Virus record (IMG/VR): IMGVR_UViG_3300042308_001616
Coordinates: 184,752 to 248,751 of that record
Length of the DNA: 64,000 nt
Reading direction: 5' to 3' (one strand)
Shown: piece after piece, positions 41,268-48,774 of the stretch
Layout of the letters: every line of letters starts with the position of its first letter
How positions within the stretch are numbered: the stretch's first letter is position 1
Made by a program: the position numbers and the translations under genes
Notes under the pieces: model-generated
Told to the model about the DNA's origin: nothing
Databases searched by the model: none
The model's input: only the letters and a program-made list of their open reading frames with translations

Positions 41268-41378
41268 ATGAAAGCAACAAATACAAATATGACAATCGTG
41301 AGAAACTTAATGGTGAATATTACATTATGTAATATTAGACCAAACGAGGGTTCCTGTCTATTTGTGAATGTCGCATAA
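41268..41378 (+). CDS. Putative attenuator leader peptide 1 (36 aa)
   Basis: MKATNTNMTIVRNLMVNITLCNIRPNEGSCLFVNVA; contains gagggttc (41346-41353), complementary to the terminator 5' arm. Confidence 0.8.
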   Translation: MKATNTNMTIVRNLMVNITLCNIRPNEGSCLFVNVA

Positions 41379-41400
41379 ACATTTATATAAAAGAAACTTG

Positions 41401-41433
41401 AACCCTCAGTCAAAAACTGAGGGTTTTTTGTTT
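41401..41433 (+). terminator. Attenuator terminator 1
   Basis: aaccctcagt-caaaa-actgagggtt followed by ttttgttt, directly before the tRNAs. Confidence 0.85.
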
Positions 41434-41446
41434 AACATAAAAATAC

Positions 41447-41518
41447 GGACGGGTAGCTCAGAGGCAGAGCAAAATCCTGTTAAGATTGAGGTCGAGATAT
41501 CGTAATTCTCCCCGTCCG
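41447..41518 (+). tRNA. tRNA-Asn(GTT), atypical T-loop
   Basis: aatc-ct-GTT-aa-gatt; ggacggg/cccgtcc acceptor stem. Confidence 0.8.
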
Positions 41519-41530
41519 CAAAAATAAAAT

Positions 41531-41618
41531 GGACTTGTAGCTGATAAGGTTTAGCTGGTGACTGTTAATCACTGAATGAAAAATTGAAATAAAGTAGGTT
41601 CGAATCCTACCTGGTCCG
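41531..41618 (+). tRNA. tRNA-Asn(GTT) with enlarged variable region
   Basis: gtga-ct-GTT-aa-tcac; gtagg-ttcgaat-cctac. Confidence 0.7.
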
Positions 41619-41625
41619 CAAAAAT

Positions 41626-41698
41626 GGTTCTATGATGTAACTGAATAGCATAAGCCCCTTCTAAGGGTTTCGTTGGGGTTTGAATCCCTGTAGAACTA
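41626..41698 (+). tRNA. tRNA-Arg(TCT)
   Basis: agccc-ct-TCT-aa-gggtt. Confidence 0.8.
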
Positions 41699-41704
41699 CA
41701 AAAT

Positions 41705-41777
41705 AGTTGATTAGCTCAATTGGTAGAGCACCGATCTGATACGTCGGAGGTAGTGGGATCGTAACCCGCATCAACTA
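41705..41777 (+). tRNA. tRNA-Ile(GAT)
   Basis: ccgat-ct-GAT-ac-gtcgg. Confidence 0.85.
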
Positions 41778-41787
41778 CTAAAAAAAT

Positions 41788-41858
41788 GCTTCCTTCGTAT
41801 AGAGGTATTATTCTGGATTTGTAACCCAGTGACGCCAGTTCGATCCTGGCAGGAAGCT
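41788..41858 (+). tRNA. tRNA-Thr(TGT)
   Basis: ctgga-tt-TGT-aa-cccag. Confidence 0.85.
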
Positions 41859-41865
41859 CGAAAAT

Positions 41866-41937
41866 GTTAGTGTGTCCGAATGGCTTAGGTAACCAGCTGC
41901 AACCTGGTATATGGGGGTTCAAGTCCCTCCACTAACT
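41866..41937 (+). tRNA. tRNA-Cys(GCA)
   Basis: accag-ct-GCA-ac-ctggt; U73 discriminator. Confidence 0.88.
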
Positions 41938-41946
41938 CAAACAAAC

Positions 41947-42016
41947 GCCGCGGCTTAGTGGAAAAGGATCGACCCTCATATGGTTGATTAAGTGGTTTCG
42001 AACACCATACGCGGTA
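41947..42016 (+). tRNA. tRNA-Met(CAT), atypical D-arm
   Basis: cgacc-ct-CAT-at-ggttg; gtggt-ttcgaac-accat. Confidence 0.6.
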
Positions 42017-42038
42017 CTAACTAAAAAAAATAAAAAAT

Positions 42039-42197
42039 ATGAAATTCGAAGACTACTTCAAAAGCAAGTTTCCTTTCCTGAAAGAAAGCAAGGAAAGCCA
42101 CACAATCGACATCGATTCAGACACACTCATATACCTGGTACAGGACTTCATCGACGGGGAAAGAAGCAGAGAAGACCAATCGAAGGCATTCGAGTAA
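42039..42197 (+). CDS. Small hypothetical protein (52 aa) inside the tRNA operon
   Basis: MKFEDYFKSKFPFLKES...KAFE; A-rich leader. Confidence 0.55.
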   Translation: MKFEDYFKSKFPFLKESKESHTIDIDSDTLIYLVQDFIDGERSREDQSKAFE

Positions 42198-42204
42198 AAG
42201 AAAC

Positions 42205-42277
42205 AGGGGATTAGCTCAATCGGGAGAGCGTTAGACTTACATTCTAAAGGTAGCGGGATCGTAACCCGCATTCCCTA
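42205..42277 (+). tRNA. tRNA-Val(TAC)
   Basis: ttaga-ct-TAC-at-tctaa. Confidence 0.85.
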
Positions 42278-42281
42278 CTAG

Positions 42282-42366
42282 GCACCAGTGGTGAAACTGG
42301 AGATACACGCTGCGCTTAAACCGCAGTCCTAAATACGGGTTGAGGGTTCGAGTCCCTCCTGGTGCA
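42282..42366 (+). tRNA. tRNA-Leu(TAA)
   Basis: ctgcg-ct-TAA-ac-cgcag; long variable arm. Confidence 0.9.
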
Positions 42367-42400
42367 CAAAAAAAATAGAACAAAAAAAAATAGAAAACAC

Positions 42401-42462
42401 TTTGATATCAAAAATAAATACCTATCTTTGATGAACGATAACAACAAAAGGTCTTTGAAATA
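42401..42462 (+). promoter_or_regulatory. Sigma-A promoter (-33 TTTG, -7 TATCTTTG) followed by a boxA-like element
   Basis: TTTG 42401, TATCTTTG 42423, ggtctttgaaa 42450. Confidence 0.7.
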
Positions 42463-42568
42463 CTAAAATAAAAACTTAAACGAACAAAGTAAAAAACTCG
42501 TACCGACTCTTTACTGAGAGGTACATGTATATTAGAAGGCTGGTAAAGATCCAGAATGTTCGTTTTAT

Positions 42569-42649
42569 GCACTTGTGGTGGAATGGTAGACACGTATGCC
42601 TTAGGAGCATATGTCGAAAGGCGTGCGAGTTCGAGTCTCGCCAAGTGTA
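42569..42649 (+). tRNA. tRNA-Leu(TAG)
   Basis: tatgc-ct-TAG-ga-gcata. Confidence 0.9.
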
Positions 42650-42780
42650 CAAACCCTGCTTTGAAGTAAACAGATAACAATAACTATAGAGTAGTTTAGT
42701 TCATGTAAAAATAAAAGGAAGTCATGCCACCTTTGTTGTTATAATCCACAGTCAAGAGTGGAGTTGTTTATAGAGAAGAT

Positions 42781-42854
<74 letters not shown>

Positions 42855-42935
42855 CAAATAAGTAGAGAGAACCAGTAGCACGCGGCTCGGTCCAGTATCA
42901 GTCATAATGCTAGAATACGTCATACTCTACTTAAC

Positions 42936-43008
42936 GGAGGTGAGGTCAAACGGTTAAGATGTCTGCCTGTCACGCAGTTCGGAGCGGGTTCAACTCCCGT
43001 CACTTCCG
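42936..43008 (+). tRNA. tRNA-Asp(GTC)
   Basis: ctgc-ct-GTC-ac-gcag. Confidence 0.88.
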
Positions 43009-43126
43009 CGCTAGCAAGTATTTGACGAAATCTTTAATAAGTCAAAATACTTTGAAAACACCCAAGTGGTTAAAGAACCTTCAACCTGGTAAACGGTGGA
43101 GAGAGGTACCCAAGCTCTCATTTTTT

Positions 43127-43200
43127 TCTCCCTTAGCTCAGTTGGTTAGAGCATCTGACTGTTAATCAGAGGGTCTCAGGTTCAAGTCCTGAAGGGAGAG
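43127..43200 (+). tRNA. tRNA-Asn(GTT)
   Basis: tctga-ct-GTT-aa-tcaga. Confidence 0.93.
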
Positions 43201-43206
43201 CTAAAT

Positions 43207-43278
43207 GGTTCCGTGGTGAAAGGGATATCACTAGAGATTTCTAATCTCTCGTTCCTGGTTCGAATCCAGGCGGAATCA
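43207..43278 (+). tRNA. tRNA-Arg(TCT)
   Basis: agaga-tt-TCT-aa-tctct. Confidence 0.88.
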
Positions 43279-43284
43279 CAAAAT

Positions 43285-43357
43285 GCCGTCATAGCTCAGT
43301 TGGTAGAGCGTTACCTTGGTATGGTAAAGGTCATCGGTTCGAGCCCGATTGGTGGCT
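43285..43357 (+). tRNA. tRNA-Thr(GGT)
   Basis: ttacc-tt-GGT-at-ggtaa. Confidence 0.9.
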
Positions 43358-43377
43358 CTGAAAAAAGTTCTAAAAAG

Positions 43378-43432
43378 TTTGGTGAAACAAAAAGAATCAC
43401 TAACTTTGTAAAACAAAAGAGATCTTTGACAT
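43378..43432 (+). promoter_or_regulatory. Sigma-A promoter followed by a boxA-like element
   Basis: TTTG 43378, TAACTTTG 43401, gatctttgacat 43421. Confidence 0.7.
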
Positions 43433-43452
43433 AATAACAAAATAACAAAAAC

Positions 43453-43524
43453 GGCACCATAGTTCAAGGGATAGAATAGAAGTTTCCTAAACTTTAGATC
43501 CAGGTTCGAATCCTGGTGGAGTCA
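43453..43524 (+). tRNA. tRNA-Arg(CCT)
   Basis: gaagt-tt-CCT-aa-acttt. Confidence 0.88.
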
Positions 43525-43535
43525 CTAAAAAAAGA

Positions 43536-43588
43536 TTTGGTAGATTCAAAAACTATACTTATCTTTGAAAACAAAACGTTCATTGAAT
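43536..43588 (+). promoter_or_regulatory. Sigma-A promoter followed by a boxA-like element
   Basis: TTTG 43536, TATCTTTG 43560, cgttcattgaat 43577. Confidence 0.7.
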
Positions 43589-43594
43589 AAAAAA

Positions 43595-43676
43595 GGCCTT
43601 GTGTTGGAAATGGTAGACAAGCACGTTTGAGGGGCGTGTGCCGAATGGCGTATGGGTTCAAGTCCCATCAAGGTCA
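43595..43676 (+). tRNA. tRNA-Leu(GAG)
   Basis: cacgt-tt-GAG-gg-gcgtg. Confidence 0.9.
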
Positions 43677-43724
43677 CAAAAGAATGCTCAGGCAACCCCC
43701 TGGTAAAAGCATTCGAAAATATAT

Positions 43725-43796
43725 TGCGGGATGGGGGAGTGGTCACCCCGCTGGGCTCATAACCCAGAGACATTGGTTCGAATCCTTTTCCCGCTA
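43725..43796 (+). tRNA. Initiator tRNA-fMet(CAT)
   Basis: ctggg-ct-CAT-aa-cccag (three G:C pairs); unpaired 1:72. Confidence 0.8.
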
Positions 43797-43903
43797 CAAA
43801 AATCCAGGCAACCCCCTGGTAGAAACAGAATGCTCAGGCAACCCCCTGGTAAAAAGCATTCAAAAAAATCAACCCGAAAGGCACAGGTTCGAATATATAG
43901 TAT

Positions 43904-44539
43904 ATGAGAAAATGTGAAAATTGTGAAACTGAACACACGGGTGAGTACAAATCTGGTAGATTTTGTTCTTTGAAATGTTCGAAATCGTTTAGCACCAAAT
44001 GCAAACGAAATGAGATAAACGAAGCAGTATCTGTAAAACTTACAGGAAGGGGTAATCCTCCAGTATCAAAAGAGTGTAAAAATTGTAACAATACATTCGA
44101 AGTTGAGTGGAGAAAAAGAAAGCAACTATTCTGTGGCAGATCGTGTACAACATCGTATAAAAATAAAACGATGAATATGGCAAGTCTGGGAGGTCTCAAA
44201 AGCGCAACTTCACAATCAAGAAGAAGCAAAAATGAGATTTTATTTTACGAAATGTGCTTAGAAAAGTTCCCCGATTCATTGGCAAACGAGCCAATTTTTG
44301 ATGGATGGGACGGAGATATAATCATTCCTTCTAAAAAAGTTGCAATACTTTGGAATGGTGTTTGGCACTACAAACAGATTTCTAAATCACAAAGTCTGAA
44401 ACAAGTACAGACACGTGATAAAATAAAAATCGAAAAGATTACACAATACGGATTTGTTCCGTATATTGTAAAAGATTTAGGAAAACACAATCCAACCTTC
44501 GTAAAAGAAGAGTTTGATAAGTTTCTAAAAGCTCTTTGA
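43904..44539 (+). CDS. Zinc-finger plus PD-(D/E)xK/Vsr-like endonuclease, probable free-standing homing endonuclease
   Basis: CENC...FCSLKC and CKNC...FCGRSC; SKNE, DGDII, ILWNGVWHY, RDKIK. Confidence 0.7.
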   Translation: MRKCENCETEHTGEYKSGRFCSLKCSKSFSTKCKRNEINEAVSVKLTGRGNPPVSKECKNCNNTFEVEWRKRKQLFCGRSCTTSYKNKTMNMASLGGLKSATSQSRRSKNEILFYEMCLEKFPDSLANEPIFDGWDGDIIIPSKKVAILWNGVWHYKQISKSQSLKQVQTRDKIKIEKITQYGFVPYIVKDLGKHNPTFVKEEFDKFLKAL

Positions 44540-44549
44540 AATGTTATAT

Positions 44550-44632
44550 TGGAAGGTGGCAGAGTGGTTAAATGCGTTTGACTGTAAATCAAATCTCGTG
44601 AGAGTACGGGGGTTCAAATCCCTCCCTTCCAA
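44550..44632 (+). tRNA. tRNA-Tyr(GTA)
   Basis: tttga-ct-GTA-aa-tcaaa; long variable arm. Confidence 0.9.
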
Positions 44633-44682
44633 CAAAGCTCAGGACTAATTACCCTGTAGCCTGGATGGTTCGAAACATCCGA

Positions 44683-44789
44683 TTTGATATGGTGTACTGG
44701 GCACGACACCCGCCGCTGAGGTTCGAATCCTCAGGTTCGGAATGGTTACCACGGGAGTAAGATTGGGTTCGATCCCCTTTATCACACCA
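44683..44789 (+). ncRNA. tRNA-like RNA with anticodon loop replaced by a structured insert
   Basis: tgata/tatca acceptor ending CCA, gtgt/acac D-stem, ggg-ttcgatc-ccc T-arm. Confidence 0.4.
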
Positions 44790-44885
44790 AAAGACCAGAC
44801 AACCCTCTGGCAGCAACGCTAACACAGCACAATGCGGGCTCATACCTGCGGCGTAGTGTGACGGTCAGGAGAGACTGACAACTTT

Positions 44886-44962
44886 GGGGCTATAGCTCAG
44901 TTGGCTAGAGTACTTGCCTGGCAGGCAAGGGGTCGCCGGTTCGAGCCCGGCTAGCTCCACCA
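44886..44962 (+). tRNA. tRNA-Ala(GGC)
   Basis: cttgc-ct-GGC-ag-gcaag; G3:U70; encoded CCA. Confidence 0.93.
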
Positions 44963-44996
44963 ACAAAACATTCTTACAACGGTAAGATATATATAC

Positions 44997-45067
44997 ACGG
45001 GTATAGTGAAATGGTATCATGCCGGTCTCCAAAACCGTTGTTCCGAGTTCGAATCTTGGTACCCGTG
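44997..45067 (+). tRNA. tRNA-Trp(CCA)
   Basis: cggt-ct-CCA-aa-accg. Confidence 0.88.
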
Positions 45068-45127
45068 CTAGATTAGTAATCGATAGGATGGAGGGAATAG
45101 CCATGTGTCGACAATGTTAATCTGTAA

Positions 45128-45201
45128 GGTCTTGTAACTCAGTTGGTTAGAGTGCGTCGCTCATAACGATGAAGTCGGGGGTTCGAGTCCCTCCTGGACC
45201 A
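45128..45201 (+). tRNA. tRNA with CAT anticodon (Ile2 or elongator Met)
   Basis: cgtcg-ct-CAT-aa-cgatg. Confidence 0.85.
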
Positions 45202-45323
45202 CACCAGTATCTGGCACTCACGATGTTGAGTGCCATTTACATTTAAGTGAGAATTAGGATAAATATCAAAAAAATGTCTATATTTACAAAACAAAGAGTA
45301 ACAAACTTTATATATAACTAATA

Positions 45324-45422
45324 ATGAAAACTTTTAACACAAATATCGCAGTATTAAACATCCCGCAGGATCAGGATCAACCTAAGTTACTTGGGACTAA
45401 CTGTATATTGTCAAAAAGTTAA
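45324..45422 (+). CDS. Putative attenuator leader peptide 2 (32 aa)
   Basis: MKTFNTNIAVLNIPQDQDQPKLLGTNCILSKS; actaactg (45396-45403) is complementary to the terminator 5' arm. Confidence 0.8.
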   Translation: MKTFNTNIAVLNIPQDQDQPKLLGTNCILSKS

Positions 45423-45440
45423 ATAAAAAGCTTAAATGAT

Positions 45441-45478
45441 AAACCCAGTTAGTAACTACTAACTGGGTTTTTTCGTTT
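45441..45478 (+). terminator. Attenuator terminator 2
   Basis: aaacccagttagt-aact-actaactgggttt followed by tttcgttt, directly before tRNA-Gln. Confidence 0.85.
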
Positions 45479-45484
45479 ATATAA

Positions 45485-45557
45485 TGTCCCGTGGTGTAAT
45501 TGGCAACACGTCTGATTTTGGTTCAGAAGAGTCCAGGTTCGACCCCTGGCGGGACAA
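45485..45557 (+). tRNA. tRNA-Gln(TTG)
   Basis: tctga-tt-TTG-gt-tcaga. Confidence 0.92.
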
Positions 45558-45570
45558 CAAAAAAGTTATT

Positions 45571-45642
45571 GGTTCTGTCGTCCAATGGTAGGATAGCCCG
45601 TTGTCTGCGGGATGGTTGCGGGTTCGAGTCCCGTCAGAACCG
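45571..45642 (+). tRNA. tRNA-Asp(GTC)
   Basis: cccg-tt-GTC-tg-cggg; G73. Confidence 0.85.
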
Positions 45643-45653
45643 CTAAAATATAA

Positions 45654-45726
45654 CTAGGTGTAGCTCAGATGGTAGAGCGGGGAGTTTGGGACTCTCAGGC
45701 CGCAGGTTCGACCCCTGTCACTTAGA
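45654..45726 (+). tRNA. tRNA-Pro(TGG)
   Basis: ggag-tt-TGG-ga-ctct; C1:G72, A73. Confidence 0.88.
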
Positions 45727-45732
45727 CAAAAA

Positions 45733-46169
45733 CGAGTAGTAGAGGAGTGGTTTATCTCGGTTTTTTTTAATATAATAAAATATATTTAATATATAATAAA
45801 AATAAAAAATTGTAATATGAAGAATATTAAAACATTTGGTAGTTTCATAAATGAAAGTGATGAAAATATTGATGACTATGAAATTACAACAAACAATGAA
45901 ATAGAAGGAAGGCCTTGTGTAGATTTCAATCCAACAGAATTACATCCAAATGATATAATTTATAGAAAATTAGTTGATGTTGTCAATTATCGTTCAAATT
46001 GGTATAAACATAAGAATAACATACCTAATATTGATGATTTATCTAGCTATTCTAAACCAGAAGGATTTAAAGTCATTTCAAATGATGGTAAAATTCTTAA
46101 ATTAGAGGATAAAGGCTTTATTAATAAAGTGTAAGCATCAGCACGTGAGTTCGATTCCCACCTTCTCGA
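45733..46169 (+). pseudogene. tRNA (Pro-like) split by an inserted gene
   Basis: 5' half cgagtag-ta-gagg...tctc at 45733-45760; 3' half gtgag-ttcgatt-cccac-cttctcg-a at 46135-46169. Confidence 0.65.
45817..46134 (+). CDS. Inserted hypothetical protein with capsid-targeting-like N-terminus
   Basis: Starts MKNIKTFGSFINES; own AATATATA box at 45788. Confidence 0.7.
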   Translation: MKNIKTFGSFINESDENIDDYEITTNNEIEGRPCVDFNPTELHPNDIIYRKLVDVVNYRSNWYKHKNNIPNIDDLSSYSKPEGFKVISNDGKILKLEDKGFINKV

Positions 46170-46175
46170 CAATAC

Positions 46176-46248
46176 GGATGTGAGGTCAAACGGTTAAGAT
46201 GTCTGCCTGTCACGCAGTTCGGAGCGGGTTCAACTCCCGTCACGTCCG
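46176..46248 (+). tRNA. tRNA-Asp(GTC), near-duplicate of the copy at 42936
   Basis: Identical apart from one acceptor-stem pair. Confidence 0.88.
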
Positions 46249-46256
46249 CTAATAGA

Positions 46257-46286
46257 AAATGCCACTAAATATTTAGTGGCATTTTT
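46257..46286. terminator. Terminator closing tRNA operon 2
   Basis: aaatgccactaaat-atttagtggcattt followed by T tract. Confidence 0.8.
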
Positions 46287-46319
46287 ATTTAAGTAATTTT
46301 TATTATGCATTATTATCAG

Positions 46320-46829
46320 TTATTCCCACGGATAATTTACAAAAGTTTCACCTGTAACTAATACTTGAGTATCCGGTGTATTACCAGATACACTAAAGTC
46401 ACTAGGTATTGTTATTATCAATTCATAATTTACTGGTATATCTAAATAAGGAATACCGAATTCATCTTTTTTAGTAACATATTTTTGAAATTGAGGTGCA
46501 CTAAATAAGTTAAGAGGAATAAGTTGTACTTTACTACCCGAATTTGCAGCAAGAGTAATAGTTGCTAGTTTAAAAGCTCCATTTGAGTTTTCAGGTGTTG
46601 GTAAAGTGTACTGGCTAGATACTCCACTTACCAGAGGAGCATCCGCTGGATTGCGTAAAAAAATCGTAATAGTTCTTTTACCCGTATTGATTGTAGTTAT
46701 ATCAATACCATAAATTCTTCTTATCTGATTTGAATTCTGATTTAAAACCACTTTTGTCCAAAACATATTATTATTATTTTTCCAATAATCAGTTTTTTGA
46801 AAAAACGGAATGCTTACTGCTGATGACAT
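46320..46829 (-). CDS. Hypothetical protein
   Basis: ORF track; late box upstream. Confidence 0.6.
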   Translation of the reverse strand: MSSAVSIPFFQKTDYWKNNNNMFWTKVVLNQNSNQIRRIYGIDITTINTGKRTITIFLRNPADAPLVSGVSSQYTLPTPENSNGAFKLATITLAANSGSKVQLIPLNLFSAPQFQKYVTKKDEFGIPYLDIPVNYELIITIPSDFSVSGNTPDTQVLVTGETFVNYPWE

Positions 46830-46931
46830 ATTTTTTTTTATTTTTTTAGTATGTAATTTCTACCTACTTATTATATATTAAAAATAATATATAAAATATC
46901 GTTTATCGAATACTAAATAAAAAATAAAAAA

Positions 46932-47816
46932 ATGCCGAATTGGTACAATCGATGGGGAAAAGCAATAGCTGGTGTTGTTCCTTATAAAAGACCTAAAAAA
47001 AGAGGTGAAAATGTATTACCTGGTGGATCAACATTCTCTGCTCCTGCAACTGGACAATATGATAGTGGTGAAATCAGTGTATCCATAACTTCTGATATTG
47101 AGGGAAATCCGTGGGTAACTGCAATTAACTCAACAAAATATACAGTAATTGATGCACCATTTATTGCTATGGTATGGGCATATGATGGTAAAAATAGACC
47201 TGCACATTTCCCCACTCCTCAACCATCCACAAGCCAACTTCGAACTTATGATTTTGCAACTGCATTTAGACCAGAAACACCATGGAATGGTATTGTAAAA
47301 ATCAAAGTATACACGAACTTATTAGCAACGGTGGATGAATTTGGTGATCCTGTTGGTGGTGGTGAAATTAGATTGAACGCGGTTGGTCAAAGTTACTACC
47401 ACGATATATTAGATGGAACACCTATTAATAATGCTGAAAGTAACTCTAAAATGTTATTCAGACTATATCCGAATAATGTTATAACTGGAACACCTACTAC
47501 TGGTAGTACTCCATACACATCTGCAAATATAGGTGACCCAGGTACAATATGGACAGAAAAAGTTGCATTTACAGATGATAATTCAGATGTTAGTTTAGAT
47601 GGTGATAATATTAACACAATTGTACAAGGTACATTTATAGGTAATAAAACATTAGGTAATGAAACATACACAGGTACCTACCCTGCAAATTATACAGGTG
47701 AACAAGTAGAAAAATTCTATTCATCTTTTATTTCATTCCAATTCCAGCCATTATCATACTTCAATTACGGTAACATACCTGATTTCAAATTTAGATTTAT
47801 AATAGAATATTATTAA
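46932..47816 (+). CDS. Hypothetical beta-rich protein
   Basis: ORF track; terminator follows. Confidence 0.6.
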   Translation: MPNWYNRWGKAIAGVVPYKRPKKRGENVLPGGSTFSAPATGQYDSGEISVSITSDIEGNPWVTAINSTKYTVIDAPFIAMVWAYDGKNRPAHFPTPQPSTSQLRTYDFATAFRPETPWNGIVKIKVYTNLLATVDEFGDPVGGGEIRLNAVGQSYYHDILDGTPINNAESNSKMLFRLYPNNVITGTPTTGSTPYTSANIGDPGTIWTEKVAFTDDNSDVSLDGDNINTIVQGTFIGNKTLGNETYTGTYPANYTGEQVEKFYSSFISFQFQPLSYFNYGNIPDFKFRFIIEYY

Positions 47817-48146
47817 TAGTAAAGGGCTTCGAAAATCGAAGCCTTTTTTTATCTTTATAAAAAAAAGATGATACTACATATATTTATATCACTGACACTA
47901 CTTGTGTTAGCACTAACCGGTATAATAATCGGTGACTCTAAAAAGAGGACAGAAATACTCTATTTTATTGGTGGCATATCATTTTGTATATTTTTGGCAC
48001 ATTTAGTTATGCTTATATTAATGAAGGTGGCAGGAATATTTTAGCAATTTTGAAAACAAATTGGAAATATAAATATAGAATCCGAAAAGGCCAACGACGG
48101 TCAATGGGATTGGAACCCATTTCCAAATAAAAAATAATACAATGAT

Positions 48147-48428
48147 ATGACTACATTAGACCATCCGAGAATAAGAAAAGAGGAAATACCTAATCTAACA
48201 TTCCACAAAGATATAGACGTAGAACAAGATGAAAATATTATTTCAAAATTGGAGACGGCTACCAGACTTGGAAATGGATATCACTCTAAGGTAAACATAT
48301 ACTTTGTAGCCGATCAGGGTCCTATGTCTGTTTCGACCACAATATGGGCGACGGGTACAAAATACATATGTCTAAAAGGTGGGATTTGGCTCCCTATTTC
48401 CAGAATAGAACATATTGAATCATATTGA
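48147..48428 (+). CDS. Conserved hypothetical protein of Bacteroidota type
   Basis: ATRLGNGYHSKVNIYF...TTIWA...LKGG.WLPI. Confidence 0.6.
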   Translation: MTTLDHPRIRKEEIPNLTFHKDIDVEQDENIISKLETATRLGNGYHSKVNIYFVADQGPMSVSTTIWATGTKYICLKGGIWLPISRIEHIESY

Positions 48429-48456
48429 TTATCAAAGACGGATTCTTCCGTCTTTT

Positions 48457-48774
48457 TTATTTAATTATGTTGTCTATCTTATACTCTCTTATGATTGCTT
48501 TCAATTCACCATAGGTGGTGAATTCATTAATTAGAACTTCGTTGTAGTATATGTCGAATTCCTCGAAGGAGCAACTCTCCTCGTCTTCACGTGGAAGTTC
48601 TCCGTTGTAGCCTTTGTATGTCTCGTAGGTCAAACCCCGAAAGAAACCCCAACCCTTCTCAATCGCCATCGAGTCGTGCCATTCGGTACAGTCCGAGTCT
48701 AAAGTGACATCACCAACAAACCAGGTTTCATTACGTGCAACAAATTTGAATCCATTTTTAAAATCTATATTCAT
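48457..48774 (-). CDS. Hypothetical protein with C-terminal tag
   Basis: Ends REYKIDNIIK. Confidence 0.6.
   Translation of the reverse strand: MNIDFKNGFKFVARNETWFVGDVTLDSDCTEWHDSMAIEKGWGFFRGLTYETYKGYNGELPREDEESCSFEEFDIYYNEVLINEFTTYGELKAIIREYKIDNIIK

Noticed and set aside
43682-43861. CRISPR mini-array
   Set aside because: Irregular spacing, one 'spacer' is a tRNA, no cas genes
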